Shown: positions 27,010-43,803, counted from the stretch's first letter. The stretch is DNA of 64,000 nucleotides from Octopus vulgaris (GCA_951406725.2 OX597830.1:5952001-6016000), one strand, 5' to 3'. Numbers and translations: made by a program. The notes: a model not told the origin generated them from the sequence alone.

Positions 27010-27074
27010 AAGGCAAAGAGAATAAGAAAGGTTTGGTGAACAATCTACTGAAACCGTGTGACTAAAGAAAGTGG

Positions 27075-28397
<1,323 letters not shown>

Positions 28398-28532
28398 CAT
28401 CATTATTATCATTATTATTATTATTATTATTATTATCATTATTATTATTATAATGTTAATTTGCTCCTTAATTGGAAAATGTCATAACATGTTACAGGCG
28501 TGAAACTTACAGAAACGTGAAGATATGTGTGC

Positions 28533-28571
<39 letters not shown>

Positions 28572-28988
28572 CATGCGTATGTAAATATATACACATATAC
28601 ATTTTGTATGTATATATGCATATGTGTATACTCACGCACATATATGTACATCCGGATATGGATAAACGTACATACGTAGATAGATGAATGCATAGACACA
28701 TACACGTACCCACGACAAACACGCACACACACGCACACACACACACACACACACATACACACACACACACACAAATACGTACGCACACACGTATATTCTA
28801 TCACAAAATAAAATATGAAGCAAATAAATATTGCCTGCAGAAATTCAGTTCATAGTTGCAGAGTGTCTTTCCAAATCGATGGTACGATGGTAGCAGGTAA
28901 TAAGCACTACACATGTATGTGTGCATCCATGTCTGTGTATATCATATATGTATATATCTATATTTGTCTGTCTCTGTATATATATGTC

Positions 28989-29020
<32 letters not shown>

Positions 29021-29056
29021 CGTATATATATATATATGTATGTATATATATATATG

Positions 29057-29105
<49 letters not shown>

Positions 29106-29153
29106 TTATATGTATATATATATATATGTATGCATATATGTATGTATGTATAC

Positions 29154-29221
<68 letters not shown>

Positions 29222-29416
29222 TGCACTGAGACGGGGGTAATTCAATCAATATTCATCAGCTTGAGTCGATCCGTTAACGTTTTACAGCATGGATCCAGTT
29301 TTATGCAGAGACGTTGTCTATCAATTCTAACTAAGCGTACCTCATAATGCATAATCAGCTTTGTAAATTCTGCTATAAAGAATGCTACGTGTGTATGTAT
29401 ATATGTCAACTCTTTC

Positions 29417-29448
<32 letters not shown>

Positions 29449-29685
29449 GCCGGGTAACCTTATAACTCCTCTACAGCAAGGCACCTATTTATGTCTCTCT
29501 GTCATACTCTAATCTTCCATCATCTGACAAGATCTCCTCCTCCAATGCTCCCTCTCTCTCAAACATTCTTTGTGTTGCAAGTACTTGGTGAACCTGCCAA
29601 TGGATGTGCCACAAAAAAGCACTCAATCCACTTTATATATATATATATATATATATATACATACAGAGAGAGAGAGAGAGAGAGA

Positions 29686-29686
29686 G

Positions 29687-29751
<65 letters not shown>

Positions 29752-29760
29752 TAGATAAAG
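29686..29760. repeat. (GATA)n microsatellite
   Basis: Directly visible. Confidence 0.97.
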
Positions 29761-29777
29761 ATATATATATAAAATAT

Positions 29778-29978
29778 GACCGCGTGTGTACCGTTGGCGA
29801 TTCTTTTCCTCCGTCTTCCTTTCTCTGGATCTTTACTTTCCTATGTTTCTGACGAAGAGCGCCGCTCAAAACGTTAACCCTCCTTCTTCCCTTCCTTCCT
29901 GGGCGTCCAATAATACTATATTTGTTCCACGTCCTCGCGTCGTTGTGTTTTCTCTTTGTGTTTTCATGTTTCGATTAA
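29778..29978 (+). mobile_element. Family D repeat with hammerhead at 29845-29879 (G12A)
   Basis: gttt CTGACGA A gagc-gcc-gctc AAAA CGTT aacc; (TA)n on both sides. Confidence 0.75.
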
Positions 29979-30520
29979 TATATATATATACATACACATA
30001 TATACAATGATTATAGTGGGATACAGTATATAAGCGTGTACTGTAATAGCTTTCAGATATAGTCAATGTTCTGGCAAACCACATGAAATAGTTAAAATGT
30101 CAAGGATCGCTTTATATGAGCAATCCCATTCTAAATACATGTATTGGTCGCTTTGCTAGATTGTGAATATTTTCGGATGCATAAATCTAAAAGAATTACA
30201 AAAGATTCGGGGACTGGTACGTCTTTAATTTTTTTCCTTTGAATTTAAAATTTAATGGTTAAATATTCTGCATAATTTGTTAAAATGACCGACACGTGTT
30301 TCTGCTGCCCAGATTATGTTCAGTTGCCTATGAAACCCACAATGTTTTCCTATATACTTCATTCCAGGTCATTCCACAAGCGTGGTCCGAAGCAAACTGT
30401 GTGGCTACCTTATTTCAATATACTTCATCATTTTAACTATGTAATTATGCTGTATAGTTAACTGTTAAATTATATGAAAAATTTGAAGATGTACCAAGTC
30501 TCCGTATTCTTTGCAATAGC

Positions 30521-30522
<2 letters not shown>

Positions 30523-30612
<90 letters not shown>

Positions 30613-30622
30613 TGTGTGAGTG
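30523..30622. repeat. (TG)n microsatellite
   Basis: Directly visible; representative of dozens of dinucleotide tracts in the window. Confidence 0.98.
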
Positions 30623-31302
30623 TGGATAGATAAATAGAAATACATATATAACACTGTCCAAAGGATGTTGACATCCACTTTAAAATTCCTCCAACGTTTT
30701 GTTCCCGTTCTTTCCATCCTCAACAAAAGTCATGTCACGTCACAGCACAACGCTTAGAGGGAACTATTTCACCTTAACTGGCCCTGTTCTCTTTAACGTC
30801 AAACCGAGACACATAGGAAAAGAACAAGATCCCCTAATATGTAAACAGTTAGTGGTCGACTATCACCAATGAATCCCAGGTAAACCACCTACCACTGGAT
30901 ATAACTCTGCAAACAATAACTTTTTACCTGGATGGGTTATGGGGCCCAGTGAAGGGCTAATACAAAACATCTCTAAATGTCATTTTCGGATGGCGCTATT
31001 AAGTTAGATATGGCCCGGGACATTGCCAAGTGAAGCCTATATAATTTCTAAGTATGTGTGTGTGTGCCTGCGTGTGTGTACCTGCGTGTCTGCGTGTGTC
31101 ACTGGCGGTGCTCCAGCATGGACACAGCCTTATGGCTGAAACATTAAAGAATAAAAGAATATATGTCTATGCATGTATATGTATATGTATGTATATATGT
31201 ATATATATACGTACATATATGTATATATATATATATATATATACATACATACATACATATATGTATACATATACATATACATATATACATACATATATGT
31301 AT

Positions 31303-31349
<47 letters not shown>

Positions 31350-32021
31350 AGGGAGAGGTAGATAGATAATGTAAATTCTCTTATATTCCAATTGTTTCCG
31401 TCATTAGAATGCAGCCCTCCTGGGCCATCACCTTGAAGTATTTTAGTCGAACGAACCGTTCCCACTGCAGTAATTTTTGTTTGAAACCTCGTATTTTTCT
31501 ATCGCCTCTGATGCCAGACTCCTATGTCACGGGGTCTTAAGCCCATCAACCCAGGTTGTCCAGAGTTGGTTGAGGACAAACACACACACACAAACACGCA
31601 CATATACAACGATACACACACATACATAGATATATACATACGTGCATACATACATACATATATACATACATACATGCAGGAAATATCAATCAAGTACTTG
31701 ATGTTGGCCGACCTTGCAGATTTCGTAAGAAGGAAACTAACATTTGAAGAAGTTAATACACAACCATAACAAAACACACAATTATATACCGTATTAAAAT
31801 AACCACTTTACAGTCATAAGGCACTTAAATATTCGTGTTGCGTGTTCTCTCTTCAAAGAACAATACTAGTGCGAAGTCTACAAACCGGGTACATCAGAAG
31901 AGAGTTGATGTTAACGAGGTACCTACTCTCCGAATTAAAGATTCAGCTTCAAGCAGAGACCAAATTTATGTTATGGAAGAAAATGTTTGGTGAAGGGTAG
32001 GTTTATGGTTATATTTTGACA

Positions 32022-32232
32022 AGCAAGAGCTGGCACAAACGTTAGCACTCCGAGCGAAATACTTGGCGGTGTTTCGTCTTCCTTTACGTTCTGAGTTCAA
32101 ATTCCGCCGAGGTCGCCTCTACCTTTCACCCTTTCGTGGTTGATAAATAATGTACCAGTTTAGTACTGGGGTCGATCTAATCGAACTGTCCCCTCCCCCA
32201 AAATTTCGAGCCTTGAACCTTGAGTAGAAAAG
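32022..32232 (+). mobile_element. SINE family A copy
   Basis: gagctggcacaaacgttagcac...gagttcaaattccgccgaggtcg...tactggggtcgatctaatcga...cccccaaaatttcg. Confidence 0.85.
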
Positions 32233-33676
32233 TATATCTTGACAAGCACTCACTAAACGGCTTCGTTCTGTTATTTTATTTTTTTATGTACATTTAAATA
32301 TAATAGGTGGTTATAAACCGCAATATCAATTCTATTGATGTTGGGTGAATTGCCACAGTTTACAGATGTTAACGCAATAAACAGAATTATTTAGGATTGA
32401 CAAAGAATTTCCAACTGGACAATGGCATCGCGAAATATAAAATCGTTAAAATGACGCAGTGTAATTCTATGAACCGAAGATTATCTCAGGTATTGAATTG
32501 AAAATGAAGAGAGAACTCAGAAGTATAATGTGTTTGGATGGAGAAGAAGAATAACGAAACACCTGTTAATGAAGAGAAAATGATAAAACAAAGCTATGCC
32601 AATAATAATAATGATGATGGGGGAGAGGATGAGGAGGTGGAGAGGGGGGAGGCTGATGACGACGACGAAGACGAGAATAATGATACGAATAATGGTAATA
32701 GTAACATCATCAACAATAACAACAACGATGATAATGATGATAGCGATGATGATGACGACGACGGCGATTATGATGATGTTAATAGCCGTTTGTCTTAAAC
32801 AACAAATAAGAAGAAATGAGAAAAATTGCGATATACATAAATACATAAAGTCTGAGATTTGAATCAGAAATAAACGAAACAAAAACGAATTAAATATATT
32901 TTGGGGCGAAAATTACGAAATACTACAAAAACATAAAAGATTTTGAAAATTTTCAGAAAGAATTTCAAGTAAAGAAATTAATTGCCTCAGGATTCTTGAA
33001 TAGAAATAAGAATGGACATTTTGTTCCAAATAGAAAATTTCTAGCAAATGAGAACCTAATAGAACAAACCAGATCTTAGTTTCAGAAGAGGAGTGAAATG
33101 TCAGGTTGGAGAATATGAACGAGTAAAAGCGAAGGTGGGATTAAATATGTCAAAGATCAGATAGGGTTTTGGAGATAGAAGAGAAGGGTTGAAGGAGTTA
33201 TGAGACCAGGGTCACATATATTTTTAGAGATAAAGATGAATGTAATCGTGGTAATAGGAATACAGCATAAAGGGTTCGAGATAATATCAGAGGAATCTAT
33301 ACAGAAAGAATTTTTTTTTTTAACTTAACTACCTTCATATTTCAAATTTTATATATGTATATATTATGAGTGTGTGTGTGTGTGTATGAGTATGTGTATG
33401 CATACATAATGCATACATACATGTGTGTTTTTATGTTGTTAAGCAACAAGACGGATAAGGGTGATTAGGTGATGGTCTAGAGCTTAGGGTCGGGAGACCC
33501 CCCGACCTTCGAAAATAACGTTGGTCCTTTTGTTGTAGTCGAGGGCTCTTCGTTGACGTCCGTCACCACTGGAAGTTGGCCCTCGAAGTCAATGGAAATG
33601 GAGATCTCCAGGTTCAAATTCTTGAACGGCATACATGTGTGTGTACGAGTGTGTGTATTATACACACACACACACA

Positions 33677-33710
<34 letters not shown>

Positions 33711-34804
33711 AACATATATATATGTATATATATTTATCATGGCTCAATGGATAGATGAAAATATCGAAACGGGGATCATTGCTTATGAGAGGATATCTTT
33801 GATGGAAAAGAAATATGGTAAAATAAGGCTATCGTTTGCGAAGTACCTAATTCTTTGACTGAAGAAATATTCTAACGAGACTCAGTTTCTGTGTCCTTAT
33901 GATAAGAGTCAATTTTCGTTTATTAAATTACAAGAGGAAACTCATGAGAAAATCGGTCGCAAGATTAAGTGAAGCCTCAAAGAACTGGTAGCAGACTGCA
34001 TAATCTTATTAGTCTCGTATCATAATTTCTTCTCGGTCAGCACGAGGAGTTCACATACGTAAATATTCCAAAATGTAAACACTTGATGTTGTTATAATTG
34101 TTTGCAGTGATACTGTCATAGGGAAATTAACAGTTTAATGAAAACCGGTTCTAGAAACCATGAATCAAATTTAAGGTATTAATATATATGAAGCAATCAG
34201 CATTTGGCTCTCAGTGAGGGAGACAAGAATCTGCACAGAATATTAAAGAAAGTGTCCCTATAGGTTTAAAATAGTGAATGGAATATCGAAGACATTAATA
34301 GATACTGTTATCTGTTTGCATGGTAAGGCTGGCACACGAAACGGCAAAAGTCTGAAATTCTTGATAATTCGATGAGACAGATTTACATCCATTGAAATAA
34401 GGTTTCAAATCTTTCGGTTTTCGTTATTTAAAAAGCAAAAAAAAAATTATTGTCTGTATAACATTAAAAACAGAGAAAGTTTATGTCGTAAAACATTTGA
34501 CGGATTTCGAGGGAGAACGAGAAAATGAGTGTGAGTGAAATTGGAGCGTTAAAGGGATAATGTAATAGATTTGTGGAGATTTGCTTTACGAAGGTTCTCT
34601 CATATATTAAAAAATAGGTAGTACCATCGTGTAAGGGTGAGAAACCAGTAGTTAACAGGCGCATACTAAAGAAACTGAAGCAACAGGGCAATCTGGAGGC
34701 GGTGGGGTCAGTTTAATTAAGCACGAAGTCCATAAGTAATACACTAATATAGTAATAGAGTGATATAGTAATATAGTAACAACAAATAGTAAATTACTAA
34801 CAAC

Positions 34805-34935
34805 TATTCAAATTTTGACCTAAGGCCAGCAATTTCGGGGCAGTGGGTAAATTGATTCCATCAACCTCCAGTGTGCAACTGGTTCTTGACATATTGAACC
34901 TAAAGGATGAAAGGCAAAGTCGATCTGGGTGGAAC
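34805..34935 (-). mobile_element. SINE family A fragment
   Basis: aaaggatgaaaggcaaagtcga core in reverse orientation. Confidence 0.7.
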
Positions 34936-35252
34936 ACTAATAAAGATATATCAAATGTGTGAGAGTTGATCCTATCTTCAGAGTTCCGCTCTTCTCATCC
35001 CTAAAGTCATTAAATTCCTGAAGGAATTTTCATGCAGAAATAAGTTAAATGGGTTCCAAGATTTGACACCTCTGAGGTATTTATCCTACCCTAATGCTAA
35101 AGTTTCAAAGCGATTTTTACTTCACGCCTGAGGTAAAACAAATGAATATTTGACGCTTTTTCTTATTTTTTCTATTTTATTTATCTTTTTATTTGTTTTT
35201 GCATACAATCATCAATTGTAAAATATAGTTATAAATAAATTATGCTTAAAAT

Positions 35253-35470
35253 TAAGATGGCGTGCACGCGGAATCGTTTAGCCACCGAGCAAAATATCTA
35301 GTGGTATCTCATCCGTCTTTATGATCAGAGCTCAAATTTCGCCGAGGCCGACGTTACCTGTAATCCTTTCGGGTCGATAAAATAATTACCTTCTGAACAT
35401 TCGGGTCGATTTTTCCCATCGATTTTTCCCATCCCCTAAAATGGCTGGCTTTGTACCAAAATTTGAAGCT
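35253..35470 (+). mobile_element. SINE family A, degenerate
   Basis: gagctcaaatttcgccgaggccgac...atcctttcgggtcgataaaataattacc. Confidence 0.7.
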
Positions 35471-35919
35471 AATAAATTAAATTTAAAATTTCAATTCATA
35501 TTCATTGAATATTATTTCAATATATTCACTGCATATATCTTTAACAGTCGTGGTACGCTAGTCTGTCACTGGAAACTGTAGGCAACTCAATGTCTCAAGC
35601 AAATATTGGTTTCATGTCTAATTTGTGAAAGGTTCTGATAAATCACAGAAAGAGATGCCTCTATGACCATTGAAAACCACTATGTTCACCTTAAGAATGT
35701 CATCACTACGGGCTGTTAGACGTGGGCCCTAAGGATTGGTTAGAACATCCACAAATATGGGACATTGTTTTAGGCACAAATCCTCTCGAATACTGTGAAA
35801 TAAATACTAACAGTTTATCGTCTTATCTATATCTATTTAACTCTCCCTCCCTCCCTCGCTTTCTCTCTCTCTCTATCTATGTATATATTTATGTATGTAT
35901 ATGGATATATATATGTATC

Positions 35920-35953
<34 letters not shown>

Positions 35954-35965
35954 TCTATCTATCTA

Positions 35966-36028
<63 letters not shown>

Positions 36029-36760
36029 CTTAATAGTCAAAAGAACTATGATATCTCGACCACATTTCCTTAGAAGGAAATAGTTTTGTTGATGGCATCG
36101 ATTAATGATTTGGAATGGATCTTTCATGGAACGGTTATAAAGTTATATCTTTGAAAACTATCGGACCCACAACATATATTTTATTACTCTCGTTTGTCCA
36201 CCTCATTAAATCGCTAAACAAACTGTAACTATTATGATATCTCAGCCATAGGCCGGGTAGGAAATTACATTAATTGATCACTTAATGAAACCAATATATG
36301 AAGGATACCTTCGTATAGTTTACCATACCCTATAGTTTGACAGCCAAGAATTTCGGATACTTTTAATTGGTCAAAATGAAAAAATGGTGGGAATTTGAGG
36401 AATGGATGCCTCTTTCAAATCTTCACTTTTATAAGCTGAATCAAGGTGTTTAGAAACCAAGACTTCTATAGGACAAACATGCAGGTTCATTTTCGTAATG
36501 ATTATATATCGTTGATATTTAGAAGAATAAATCTTTGTGTAGAGATAAGGAGATCGCTAATTTAGAGAGAGAGAGAGTGAAGTAGGATTTCAAGGACTTC
36601 GTTGGATAACTGGTATTATTTTATTGTAGAAATATAGTTACAAGTTCTAATAAATGTGAGAGAAACACAATGAAACCAGAGTTAGAATATAATGCGATTA
36701 TACGATGTATGGCGATATGCACAAAAGCAAAAAGAATCTGCATGCATACGTACATACACG

Positions 36761-36814
<54 letters not shown>

Positions 36815-36907
36815 AATACATATATTTACATAGATATAGAAATAGACAAAACATAAACAAGCATATACATATACTTACAAATATATGTATATATATATAT
36901 GCGTGTG

Positions 36908-36968
<61 letters not shown>

Positions 36969-37312
36969 CTGCATATATATACATATATATATGGGTATAC
37001 ACATAAAAATATATATGTATATATATATATATACATATAGTGTAGCCTTGTTTATGTATACTGAAAGAGCTGAATTATAGAAAAATTATAGAATTTAGAA
37101 AAGAGAATAAAATATCGTAAAGAAATTTTCATAAAACAAATTTTAAGAATACACACACATTCACCGCCACACACATGTACACACATATACACACAAATAT
37201 ATGCTTAAATATATATATATATATACGTAAATATACATATATATCCATGCATATATAAATTTGCATATATCCATAAATACTTACACACACACACATATAT
37301 ATATATCCATAT

Positions 37313-37374
<62 letters not shown>

Positions 37375-37592
37375 AAAAAAGTGAGAGAATTAGAAAAATC
37401 CATTAACACGTAATAATTATAGATTGGACTCAGAAACACAAGAACACATTCCAACAGAAATTCAAACAAGTACGCACAGACACACGCACGCAAAGATATA
37501 CATATATGTGTGTGTATATATATATATATATGGAAAAAGTTAGAAAAAGAAAGCGAGGAAGAGAGATAGAGAGATAGAGAGTGACAGAGAGG

Positions 37593-37625
<33 letters not shown>

Positions 37626-37918
37626 TGGAGAGATAATGCGTGTGAGACGCTAAGGTGTCAGTGAAATCTAGAGAGAGAAATTTTCGTTGATGATATCCAT
37701 AGAAAATTCTTCAATTTATATCACAAACACATTTTCCAACCAATAAGTAAATATATTACATAATATGCTCTTATTGTATATACTCTCATAAAACGTTTCT
37801 TTTTCTCTCTCTCTTCTTCGCCACATTGTCCCCCTCTCTTTCTCACAGACATCCATACACACATATTCACACCTGCATACATAGATACATACATATATAT
37901 ATACATACACATGCATAA

Positions 37919-37959
<41 letters not shown>

Positions 37960-38374
37960 TACATACACACACACATGCACACACGCATATATATATATAT
38001 ATATATATATCCATACATACATATGTATATTGGTTAATGTTTGCGTGTGCAACTGTGAATAATATGTATAGTATAGTTATGACCCTGTGTTGTATGCGTG
38101 TGTGTGTGTGTGTTTGTGTGTGTGTGCGTCAGTATGCTTTTCAAGTATATAAAAAAAGAAATTTAGAAATATCATTTTTTAAAATTCTTACCTTAGTTTT
38201 GTAGAATTCATTGGAATACGTCCCGAGAATGGTCTTATAGAATTAATATTATTTATATTAACAACAACCACAAAGATAACTGTTTGATCGTTAACTAGAA
38301 TTTTGAATGCAACAATTATAAAGAAGAAATAATACTACTAATTAATTAGGGAAAATAAGGAATTCTGAAGCTGT

Positions 38375-38407
<33 letters not shown>

Positions 38408-39154
38408 GCATAATTGTAATACTAATCAACATAAAAATGGTTAAAAATAATATTAATATTAATGATATAAAAATATAGAAGATATTTAGTGATATTAATG
38501 AAAATGAAAAATAATAATTTAAATTAAAATCTAAATTGTAAATCTGATAATTATGATAGTGATAATAACAACGACAATAATTATAACAAAACTAAAAACA
38601 ATGCAAAAACTAATAATAATAAAAATAAAAATAACGATAATAATAATAATAATAACAACAATAATAAAAATTATGTAAGTTTAACGATGGCGTGCTTCTA
38701 AGTGGAGTACTGCTACGGATGGTGAGCTGCCGAACACAGCCTAGATTCCCTCCCGTCCACCATCAGTGAACACTTCCTAACCCTCTTTCAATTCTTTCTT
38801 TATCTCTCTAAACTTCATTTACGTATGTACTTCCATATACTTTCAGAGTAAATGTGTGCTATGCATGAAACTATGTCTACCTACATGTGTCTGTATGTAT
38901 ATATATATATACATACATGCACGCAAACACACACGTATAAACATATATATATACGTGTATTTAAATGTATTGAATATATGTACATATATGCATGTATGTA
39001 TATTTTGTGTGTATTGGTGTGTGAGTGTGGAGAGTTGGGGAGTGAGGTTCTCTGCATTTCAGGACATGCGTGCATAAAACAAGATCTTATTCAATGTGTG
39101 AAATCGTTTGTGCATACAACAAACACACACATACCCATAACTTATATATATATT

Positions 39155-39191
<37 letters not shown>

Positions 39192-39250
39192 ATATATACA
39201 TATATATACATATCCATATGTATATATATATATATATATATGTATGTATA

Positions 39251-39303
<53 letters not shown>

Positions 39304-39502
39304 GTTATAAATACGTGTGTATTAATATTGATACTAGATATGTGTCTGTGTTGAAGCCATTCTCTTGTGTATGAAGAACCTTCGATGAGATGGACAGTGA
39401 GTGTCATAAGATTTATATGTTGTACACAACGCCTTTGATTTATGTGAACGGAAGGACATTAGATAGCAAAGCCATTAAATCCGAACATACAATCGTACCA
39501 TC

Positions 39503-39561
<59 letters not shown>

Positions 39562-40295
39562 TGTGTGTGTGCACGCGCCTGCGTGTGTGTGTGTATTTAC
39601 ACACACATTTACATATATAAAAAGCAGGCTTAGAAACAAGTGTTTATTTATATGTCTTGATATGTAAAATGATACCCTGAAAACATGAATGAATATGACA
39701 CCTATGTATATATATATATATATGTCTAAAATAATTCGTGAAATGACTATTAAAGACAATTATATTTAGAGAAGGTCTCAGACTCAACGCATTGTGTTTC
39801 TGAATATATTTTAGAATCGCGAAAACTGCAATATGTTATGCTGTACACCATACAAAGACTGTATGGAATCGTCACCAGCTTTCCTGAATGAAGCATCTTA
39901 CATATGTTCTCTTGTGTCTGTGTACCTGTTCATTGATACATATAACATGCGTGTGTGCGTGTGTATACATATATATATATATTTACATTGAAACACACTC
40001 AAACATATATAGATATATATATGTGTGTATGTGTGTGTGCGTGTGTGTGTGTTTGAGTGTGTGTGTGTGTATGTGTGTGTGTGTGTGTGTGTGTGGCACC
40101 GTGGGCAAGTATCTTAGCCTGACCCGACCAAAACATAGTCAGTGGATTTGGTGGACAGAAATTGAAAGAAGACCGGCGCTCCAGGACTGCCTCAGTTTAG
40201 TGACTGAAGTAAAAGATAGAATAAATAAAAGATTTCCGTATATACATATATCTATATGCGTGTATATATATATATATGTTTGTGTATATACATAT

Positions 40296-40340
<45 letters not shown>

Positions 40341-40803
40341 CAGACACACACATATATATATACATATGTATATATATATGTACGTATATATCTTTAAAAT
40401 CAAGTATAAAAACTATACAAGATTTTGTCAATTAACCATCAATTAGCCAACATATTTGATATGTGTGTGTGTGTTTGTATGTGTCTGTGTGTTTATGTGA
40501 GTATTTGTGTGTGTTTGTCTCTGTGTGTGTGTGTGCAATTGCACGATTAAGCATTACCCTGCTACTGAAATAGAAAACTGTGATAGATAATCCGTGAATT
40601 TTGGTGTCCATATACAGGTTCACATAATTTAAAGGGTCACAAATTCGACATAGTATGTTACAAATCCACAGTGACTGTCTTTATGTGTATAATTGTGTAT
40701 GTGACACGTGCGTATGTGTATATATTAACGTATCTATCTCTGTATGTAATTTGTGCATAACCCTCTAGAAACAGTATGTATATGCATATATGTAGATACA
40801 TTC

Positions 40804-40853
<50 letters not shown>

Positions 40854-40873
40854 ATGTATTTACATATATGCAC

Positions 40874-40905
<32 letters not shown>

Positions 40906-41279
40906 ATATATAAATGTGTATATGTATGTATATATATACATATATATATATATGTCTATGTATATACATATATATATATATATATGCTTATTTATACACA
41001 CACACATATATACACACGAATTACGTTGAAGCACGTATAATCATGGCTTTCTATTTCCATCCCTTATGTATATATACACGCACGTGTTTCTGTTTGTGCT
41101 TAAATCCAATCTGTATCTTTGAGTGTATGTGTTGGCTCCGTCTTCTTTCCTTTGTAACAAATACGGATGTTTTCTTTTAGTACAATTAACCTTGCAGCCC
41201 CGACGATGTGAGATAGCCACCTTTCAATTACAAAGAAATGTTTTGTTTAGCATTAAGTAAAATATCCATCCATCTGTCC

Positions 41280-41369
<90 letters not shown>

Positions 41370-41746
41370 GTATATGTATATCTGTGTTTGTATATGTGTG
41401 TTTACACGTACAGGAAACATTTAATTACTGAATTTCAAACCTAAAAAAGACGATTAATTTGATAGTAATAAACGTACGGAAAGTACCACAGACATGGAGC
41501 CAAAATTCACACACACCACACTCAAGCACGCACACGCTCACATGCACGCAGGTACACATTCGCTCTCTCTCTCTCTCTGTCTCTTTCTCCCTCTCTTATT
41601 TTTTCTCTCTCTTTCTTTCTCTCTCTCTCTCTCTCCTTCCTTCCCTCACTCTCGTTTATGCAAGCAACGAACAACTCACAGTTGCAAAGATAAAGTTAAA
41701 ACAATTTCAATTGATGAACAACAAACAACAACAACAACAACAACAG

Positions 41747-41781
<35 letters not shown>

Positions 41782-42239
41782 GCACAACAACTACGAAATA
41801 GCAAATAATATGACGTTAAGCCAAATAAAACACAACCAAAAAGATACAGACAAATATATACATACACACATATGCACATACACACATATACATAGACACA
41901 TATGGACATAAACACATATACATACACACATATGCACATACACATACACATACAACACACACTCACGCACAGCATTACAAAGTGATGTTGGTATCTACGA
42001 AACGGATGTGATTTCTGTAATGTAGAATAAATTTTTTTTAAATAATTAAAATTACTAAAAAAGTAAAAATCTCCGCTAGTCTTTATTAATTTTTGGATTG
42101 GTTGAAGCAAAATATTTTGTGGAAAGAAAAAAACGATTTATGGGAGACAAGAAGTGTTTGACAGAAATATTATACCATTCACAAATACATACGTACATAT
42201 ATGTATATGTACATACATACATATATTTCTGTGGAAGTT

Positions 42240-42273
<34 letters not shown>

Positions 42274-42539
42274 CGCGTGTGTGTGTGTGTGTTGTGTGTA
42301 GATGTACACTGTGGAAGTTGTGATAAATGAGTGCAGAAAGAAGATAACTTCCGGGAAGAAACCTGCTTTTGTTCTCGAGCGAATGTTGCGTAGGTTTGAG
42401 GAAAAAGATGCTTCAAAACTGCAGAAAGATTGAACTATAGACTTGCAAACAGACAAATAACAAAGAAATAAACACACAAAAGAGAAAGCGGCCATAAAAA
42501 TCATACAAAAAAAAATAACGAAGCAAGACTATAAAACGG

Positions 42540-42545
<6 letters not shown>

Positions 42546-42621
<76 letters not shown>
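42546..42621. repeat. (GA)n microsatellite
   Basis: Directly visible. Confidence 0.98.
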
Positions 42622-42622
<1 letters not shown>

Positions 42623-43565
42623 AAGCAGAGAGTGAACCAGAAAAAGAGAGACTCTGAAACAAGCCACAAGCGAAAGAAAAAAAGTATTATACATCTCCAT
42701 ATATTTAGACGTACAAATATAAACAGCTACAGAGAAGGACGCATAGTCACGTGTAAATATACATATGGCGTATATATAGACAGCGTTAAAAAAAACAGTG
42801 TTTATAATCTGAAATATACACTCAAGCAGTAAGATAAAGAAAGCTGTATATGTGGGGGCGCGGTGGGGGTGCGTGTGTGAGTGTGTATAGTTTTGTTGAT
42901 GGATATGTACAAACATACTCACAGATATATATATATAATTATATATGTGTACATATGCGTGTTTGTGTGTGAGTGTGTGTAAATAAATCTGTAAATATTG
43001 ACATACATATACATATAAACATAAACGTATATATACATATACATATGTAAATACATGTATAGGCACTTACATCCCTGCACACTCAGGGTATAAGTGTGTT
43101 ATGTGTGCTAAAATAGTGCGCGTATTCTGTCACCCTAATGTCACAAGTTATTGGCCCACCCACGCCTGAAGTTCACGTTCCCCAAAGTGGAATCGAAAGC
43201 CAAGAACGATTGTAAAGTAGCTCCCGTAACATACGTCGCTCAAAGCCGCATAAGTTCTCTCAAATTTATAAGTTTGACAAGTTCGCTGCACGAAACTTTC
43301 AGCGCACGAGTCACTCATGTACATTACAACCAAATAACGAAATATACCTCGTTTTGTGTTGAGTTTTATTCCTCCGATTTTTTAAAATACCATAAAGAAG
43401 TGTTTCTTTTCCGTGACATTTTGCTTTGAGAGTAGCCTATTTTCCGGTTTTGTGACATTTTTACACACCGAGATTGTATACATTATACATACATACGTAC
43501 GTATGTATAAATATATATGTATGTGTGTGCATTTATGTATGTATATGTGCGTGTGTATATATGGT

Positions 43566-43627
<62 letters not shown>

Positions 43628-43731
43628 GTTTAGTTTTATGTCAAGGTATTCATAAAATAATTTAACATTGAACTGTAAAATTATTCGATACTTTGTATTA
43701 GATTTTTTCTAATGTCTGAAAAGATGTGTGA

Positions 43732-43803
43732 CAGAGATTTCGAAGTTTCGCTCTACTAGCCTTCTCGGCCTGAAGAAAGGTTCCAGGTTGAAACTTCGAA
43801 GTC
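43732..43803. ncRNA. Pair of divergent degenerate hammerhead motifs
   Basis: Plus: CTGAAGA..13 nt..GAA ACTTCGAAGT C (43770-43803); minus: CCGAGAAg gct-agtag-agc GAA ACTTCGAAAT C (43732-43768); stem I not intact in either. Confidence 0.5.

Noticed and set aside
32538-32798. Acidic D/E/N-rich 86-aa ORF
   Set aside because: Built from degenerate GAT/AAT/GAC trinucleotide repeats with no splice or homology support.
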